From positions 47,436-111,435 of IMG/VR virus record IMGVR_UViG_3300033074_000206: 64,000 bases of DNA; one strand, 5' to 3'. This stretch comes from a virus. Its lineage: Duplodnaviria; Caudoviricetes. The stretch's first letter is position 1. Each line of letters begins with the position of its first letter. Below are positions 59,938-64,000 of the stretch, in pieces. The position numbers and the translations under genes are program-made. A model generated the notes under the pieces. The model had not been told where the DNA came from. It made no database searches and saw only the letters and a program-made list of their open reading frames with translations.

Positions 59938-61387
59938 AGAAATTAGCGAACAATTCGTCTTTTTTCTCTTCTTCTATTGCTTTAAAATTTTCTTCAATCT
60001 CTTCATCAGACATCCTAAAAATATCTTGTAAAATTTTCTTAATAGGAAATAATTTTCCATTATATTCTTGAAGATTTCCAAAAATCTCAACTCTCTTAAT
60101 GAAATTTTCTAGATTCATTTTTTCTATAAATGAATTATCGTTAGTGAAATATATTTCAACATCATCTTCTATAGATTCCCATTCTTTTTCATCTTTTATA
60201 ACGCCAGAGTAAATACATTCTCTCTTTAAAATCTCGTACATAACTTCTGTATAACATTTTCGAAGACGACTTATAAACATAAAGAATGTTATGTCTTCTT
60301 TTGATGTTTCTGTACTATCGTAATTAAATGAATGATCTGCGTCCGGATCTATTGATACTCTTGAAAGAGGTATCTTCATACTTTTATATAATTTTTTATA
60401 AAAGTAAAGAATATCGTTTAATTCTCCAAGATTTCCAGTTTCATCAATTGTTTCAACAGTTGTACCCTTTCCTCCTGATCTGTTCGCGAACCAATAGTCT
60501 TCAACCATACTAGTGATGTGTTGTTGATTCGTTACTTCTCCAGATTCGGTATTATAAAATTTCTTATACTTGAATTTATTCTGCATTTCTGCCATAACTT
60601 CAAGACCTCTTTTATTCGGAAGGTCGCCTATATCGACATTAAATACCCTTCTAGAAATACTTCTAGAGAATCTCATGGGAATCAGAAGATCCTCAAGAGT
60701 TTTTAATTGATTGGCTGGTTTAATACAGTATTCAAGATAGGATTGAATTATCCCGTTATCATATAAACCGAAATCTGCATGCACAATTTCTTCCAAATCG
60801 TATTCGTATTCGTTTTGATTATTATAAAGAGCTGATCTATCTACTATATATTTGTACTTTTTTGTTTCCGGATTATAAGAAAACATACATGGATCTATAA
60901 TCTGAATAGATCCTATTGTTTTATTTTTCTCGTCATAACCTAGATGCAATTTTAGTTGCCCATCTATATAAGATCTTTTTACGATATTAAAAAGGTTTTT
61001 ATTCAGATTCATCTTTTTCTTTATAGATTTGAATTTATCTTCGATTGCTTCTTTTAATTTTTCATTATCTTGGTTGATGTTAATTTTAATTGGGTCTTCT
61101 TTACCGAGAGAAAAAACTATTTCGTTTGTAATTTCATCAATACCATCGTTAACATCTGGTATCGTAGATACTTGTCTGTACTTCATAATTTTATCTTTTT
61201 GTCTGAACACAAGATCTACTTGCTCCGATTTACCGAGATAACTCGATGAACTATCGAAGAAACTCCCGGTAGTGTGAAAATAATCTGAATTAAGATCGTT
61301 AATAACATTTTGAGGTTGTACTTGACTCGATAATTCTTTTGGTTTTTCTCCAGTCAAAAAACTCTTAATTGTTTCCGTTAATGTCAT
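59918..61387 (-). CDS. gp20: Portal protein gp20
   Basis: YIDG; SYL...IKPANQLK.LED....R.SR...RRVF.VD.G.LP; M.EDYW...R.GGKGT.V.T. Confidence 0.96.
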   Translation of the reverse strand: MTLTETIKSFLTGEKPKELSSQVQPQNVINDLNSDYFHTTGSFFDSSSSYLGKSEQVDLVFRQKDKIMKYRQVSTIPDVNDGIDEITNEIVFSLGKEDPIKININQDNEKLKEAIEDKFKSIKKKMNLNKNLFNIVKRSYIDGQLKLHLGYDEKNKTIGSIQIIDPCMFSYNPETKKYKYIVDRSALYNNQNEYEYDLEEIVHADFGLYDNGIIQSYLEYCIKPANQLKTLEDLLIPMRFSRSISRRVFNVDIGDLPNKRGLEVMAEMQNKFKYKKFYNTESGEVTNQQHITSMVEDYWFANRSGGKGTTVETIDETGNLGELNDILYFYKKLYKSMKIPLSRVSIDPDADHSFNYDSTETSKEDITFFMFISRLRKCYTEVMYEILKRECIYSGVIKDEKEWESIEDDVEIYFTNDNSFIEKMNLENFIKRVEIFGNLQEYNGKLFPIKKILQDIFRMSDEEIEENFKAIEEEKKDELFANFYATSEE

Positions 61388-61532
61388 TTTGTTTCCTTTT
61401 TATTATTATTTATATAATCAAATTTATGCTTTAAAACTATAAACTGAGTTTAATCTCTTTGAACATTAAAGTTTCCTTAAATTTAAAATAAAAATTTATT
61501 TTAAATTATAAATAAAATAAAAAGGATGTTTA

Positions 61533-62024
61533 ATGGGATATAAGGGAGCAAAGCAAGGTTGGTATAGGGTTTTAAATCCTGACAAATTTATTAATCAAGT
61601 ACAAGAGAGTAAAAGTGTTATGAAGAGTACAAGAATTGTAGAGGGATTTTTGGAAATCGAGTATAAATCTGGTCTCGAGAGAACAGCATTCCGTTATTGT
61701 GATATGAATAAGTATGTTAAGAAATTTTCAATCGAACCGTTCGCAATAAAATATTTAAGCCCGAAAGATGGAAAAATACACAGATATTTTGTAGATTTGT
61801 TTATAGAGTTTGATAATTCTCAAAAGTTCTTAGTAGAAATCAAACCTTTTTCTGAAACAATTGAACCTAAAATTCCAAAAAAGAAGACTGAAAAATCTCT
61901 TTTAAATTATCAAAAGGCTCTCCAGACTTTTGATGTGAATACTGCTAAATGGAAAGCAGCAGAAGCATTTGTTAAAGAAAAAGGGTTGAAGTTTATTATA
62001 CTTACCGAGAACGAGTTAAAGTGA
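61533..62024 (+). CDS. gp4: Head completion nuclease gp4
   Basis: NP.K; Y.S..E......CD; I.Y.SP.DGKIHRYF.D; LVEIKP; N.AKW.AA; F.ILTE.EL. Confidence 0.9.
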   Translation: MGYKGAKQGWYRVLNPDKFINQVQESKSVMKSTRIVEGFLEIEYKSGLERTAFRYCDMNKYVKKFSIEPFAIKYLSPKDGKIHRYFVDLFIEFDNSQKFLVEIKPFSETIEPKIPKKKTEKSLLNYQKALQTFDVNTAKWKAAEAFVKEKGLKFIILTENELK

Positions 62025-62089
62025 GATTTTAGTCAATAAAAAAGCTCAGAAGAAATTAATCCTCTGAACTTAGTAATCTTTAGATTTAA

Positions 62090-62494
62090 TTATTTCAAAG
62101 ATGTTCTGATAAAAGACATCTTTTGAGGTTTCGTTTCAAATTCCAAATCTTCATTATCTGCTTCATAATCCTTTAAGAACCAAACAAGACCTTTATTTGG
62201 ATTAATTTTAACCAACGGAGCTTGTCCATGACCAACTGCAGAAGTTAATGTTATAAATCTAACTAGATATTCGCCAGATTTCACATCTAAATGTTTAAAT
62301 GCTCCTTTTGAAATCTCTTCTTGCGGAAGATAAATATATCTTTCCTTATTATCTTTGAATCCAAAAACACCAACTTCTTTACCAAAAGCTTTTCCTAACT
62401 TTCTAATAGAATTATCTGCTTCTGCCCAATCGAAATCTCTAAGACTGGTATATATTGTTTGACCTTCTCTTAGCCATTCTCTGAATGTTTTCAT
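62090..62494 (-). CDS. Putative internal head protein
   Basis: MKTFREWLRE leader. Confidence 0.7.
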   Translation of the reverse strand: MKTFREWLREGQTIYTSLRDFDWAEADNSIRKLGKAFGKEVGVFGFKDNKERYIYLPQEEISKGAFKHLDVKSGEYLVRFITLTSAVGHGQAPLVKINPNKGLVWFLKDYEADNEDLEFETKPQKMSFIRTSLK

Positions 62495-62515
62495 TCTTTC
62501 TCCTTTTTAATTTAT

Positions 62516-63106
62516 TTATATTTTAGTTAATTTAATATCTGTATTTATAATAGCATACCAAATATTATTTGTACTTTTATCTTGTATTTGAAATGTACCA
62601 TCTAATTTGATGTATTTATTCCAAGCTTTAACAAAGTTCTCCGTACCAAACTTTTCAGCTAATTCTATTTGGAACCATCTAATTTGGGTGCTTTTCATTT
62701 TATCATATAATTTTTCTAAATGATAATCTTGTACATCTTCAGGTTCATATACTGCAAAATTATAGTCAGTTAATAAATACCAAAGAGGTTCATTATCCAT
62801 TTTGTGTAGCTCTTGTAAAAGTTTTACTGTTGAAGCTTTATTTAATTTAGATACATTTGCTCTAGAATCAATAAATTTCTTATGATTTATTTCTGTTTTA
62901 ACAATATCTTTACCATAAGCTTGCGCAGTTTCTAATAATGTTCCAAAATATATCCCAACCCCTTCCTGATTGTTACTATCGGCATGCAACATCCATTTTG
63001 GTTCAATTTTAGTAGTGCCGAAATTATCGCCATGGTATACTGTTATTAATGTATTTGCTTCTCTCAACCATTCTCTAAATTCAGCTTTTATTTTTTCTCT
63101 ATCCAT
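62516..63106 (-). CDS. Putative internal head protein with ADP-ribosyltransferase-like domain
   Basis: ...EFREWLRE leader; VYHG...G.GIYF......A..YG motif. Confidence 0.6.
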   Translation of the reverse strand: MDREKIKAEFREWLREANTLITVYHGDNFGTTKIEPKWMLHADSNNQEGVGIYFGTLLETAQAYGKDIVKTEINHKKFIDSRANVSKLNKASTVKLLQELHKMDNEPLWYLLTDYNFAVYEPEDVQDYHLEKLYDKMKSTQIRWFQIELAEKFGTENFVKAWNKYIKLDGTFQIQDKSTNNIWYAIINTDIKLTKI

Positions 63107-63157
63107 TTTATTTCCTTTTTGATTTAGTTTATTTATATAATAAAAGAATTTAATTTT

Positions 63158-63862
63158 CTAATTAAATTCGCCAAAAATTGAATCTTCAACTCCGGATACT
63201 CTTGGTTTCTTTTGAACTGTATCTATTTCTATCCCAGTTTCTTTCTTGATAACATCTACTGCAGGATTAATTTCCATTTCAGCATCTTGTGCGACTTTTC
63301 TATCTAATAGTTCATTAAAATAATTATCTAGCGTACTATAATCTTCAGTATCATCTACAGATATATCAGTAGCGTTTATCTCGTCCGTCATTTTAACAGA
63401 GTAAGGTTTTAATGTTAATTTATAAACAGATTTAGCGTTTTTAAACGTAAATAAATTATTAACGCCAGGAACTTCAAATTGAACATCAGTTACTTCCATA
63501 ATTTTATTATTCGGCATAACTACAAGACAGCCGTATATATCTTTGAATTCTATATCTATTATTGTTTCAACTGAATTCTTTGATACGAAAACTGAAGTAC
63601 TATCATTATTTAATAAGCTAAATTCTGAAAAATTATATCCGCTTGAATCCCAAGAATCTGAATTTTCGGGAAGCATATATACATCAAATATTTTTGTACC
63701 ATCTGTTTTTATACTCGAATAATCGCCAAAAATTGTGTCATCAGAATTTAATTTTACTGTAACTAAAAATTTAGTAGGTACACCGTAAAGATTTATACAT
63801 TCGTCTATTAATTCTGTATTCAGATCATATTCTGGATTTTCGTTTATATTAAAATTGTACAT
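63158..63862 (-). CDS. gp14: Neck protein gp14
   Basis: L...LI.E.I.LYG; D.IFG; F..F; L...P...I.E...V; Y.L. Confidence 0.78.
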   Translation of the reverse strand: MYNFNINENPEYDLNTELIDECINLYGVPTKFLVTVKLNSDDTIFGDYSSIKTDGTKIFDVYMLPENSDSWDSSGYNFSEFSLLNNDSTSVFVSKNSVETIIDIEFKDIYGCLVVMPNNKIMEVTDVQFEVPGVNNLFTFKNAKSVYKLTLKPYSVKMTDEINATDISVDDTEDYSTLDNYFNELLDRKVAQDAEMEINPAVDVIKKETGIEIDTVQKKPRVSGVEDSIFGEFN

Positions 63863-64000
63863 ATTTATTCCTTTTTTAATTTATTTATATTGATTGAATT
63901 TTTAAAAATAAATTTTTATTTTAAGTTTAAGGAATCTTTAATAAACTAATATATTGCAGTATTTTTTAATGTTTTAAACGCGTTTATATATTTAAAGAGA

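Noticed and set aside
30960-62024. Genome-wide TGA recoding (code 4 or 25)
   Set aside because: TGA ends conserved genes at their expected C-termini (gp23, gp4), and TGG is used normally for Trp
1-64000. tRNA or rRNA genes; inteins in portal, capsid or protease
   Set aside because: No cloverleaf, rRNA or intein motifs recognised by eye, and those proteins have normal lengths

Overview
AT-rich segment of a large T4-like myovirus genome. Gene content and style resemble Campylobacterota-infecting T4-like phages (Hef-like endonucleases, duplicated sheath and tube genes), but the host cannot be fixed from sequence. The window holds most of the virion morphogenesis module: gp14, gp4, portal gp20, gp21/22/23, two sheath genes, three or four tube-like genes, baseplate gp6/25/5/5.4/53/48/26 and fibres. 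It also carries late transcription factors (gp55, gp33-like) with TATAAATA late promoters, a RelE-type toxin-antitoxin pair and several homing endonucleases. The main discovery is in the apparently ORF-poor region 49.4-58.2 kb. It is a single tail sheath (gp18) gene on the minus strand interrupted by 17 related group I introns, 15 ORF-less (255-301 nt) and two carrying HNH or GIY-YIG ORFs. Removing every intron between an exon-terminal U and an intron-terminal G joins 18 exons (10-893 nt) into one uninterrupted 1914-nt frame encoding a 637-aa sheath protein. Other notable items: a family of proteins sharing a T4 capsid-targeting-like leader (MKTFREWLRE); a covarying pseudoknot leader upstream of two unrelated endonucleases; a gp2 allele-replacement scar; and an in-frame TGA in an SGNH gene. 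All calls were made by reading the sequence; no database searches were run.
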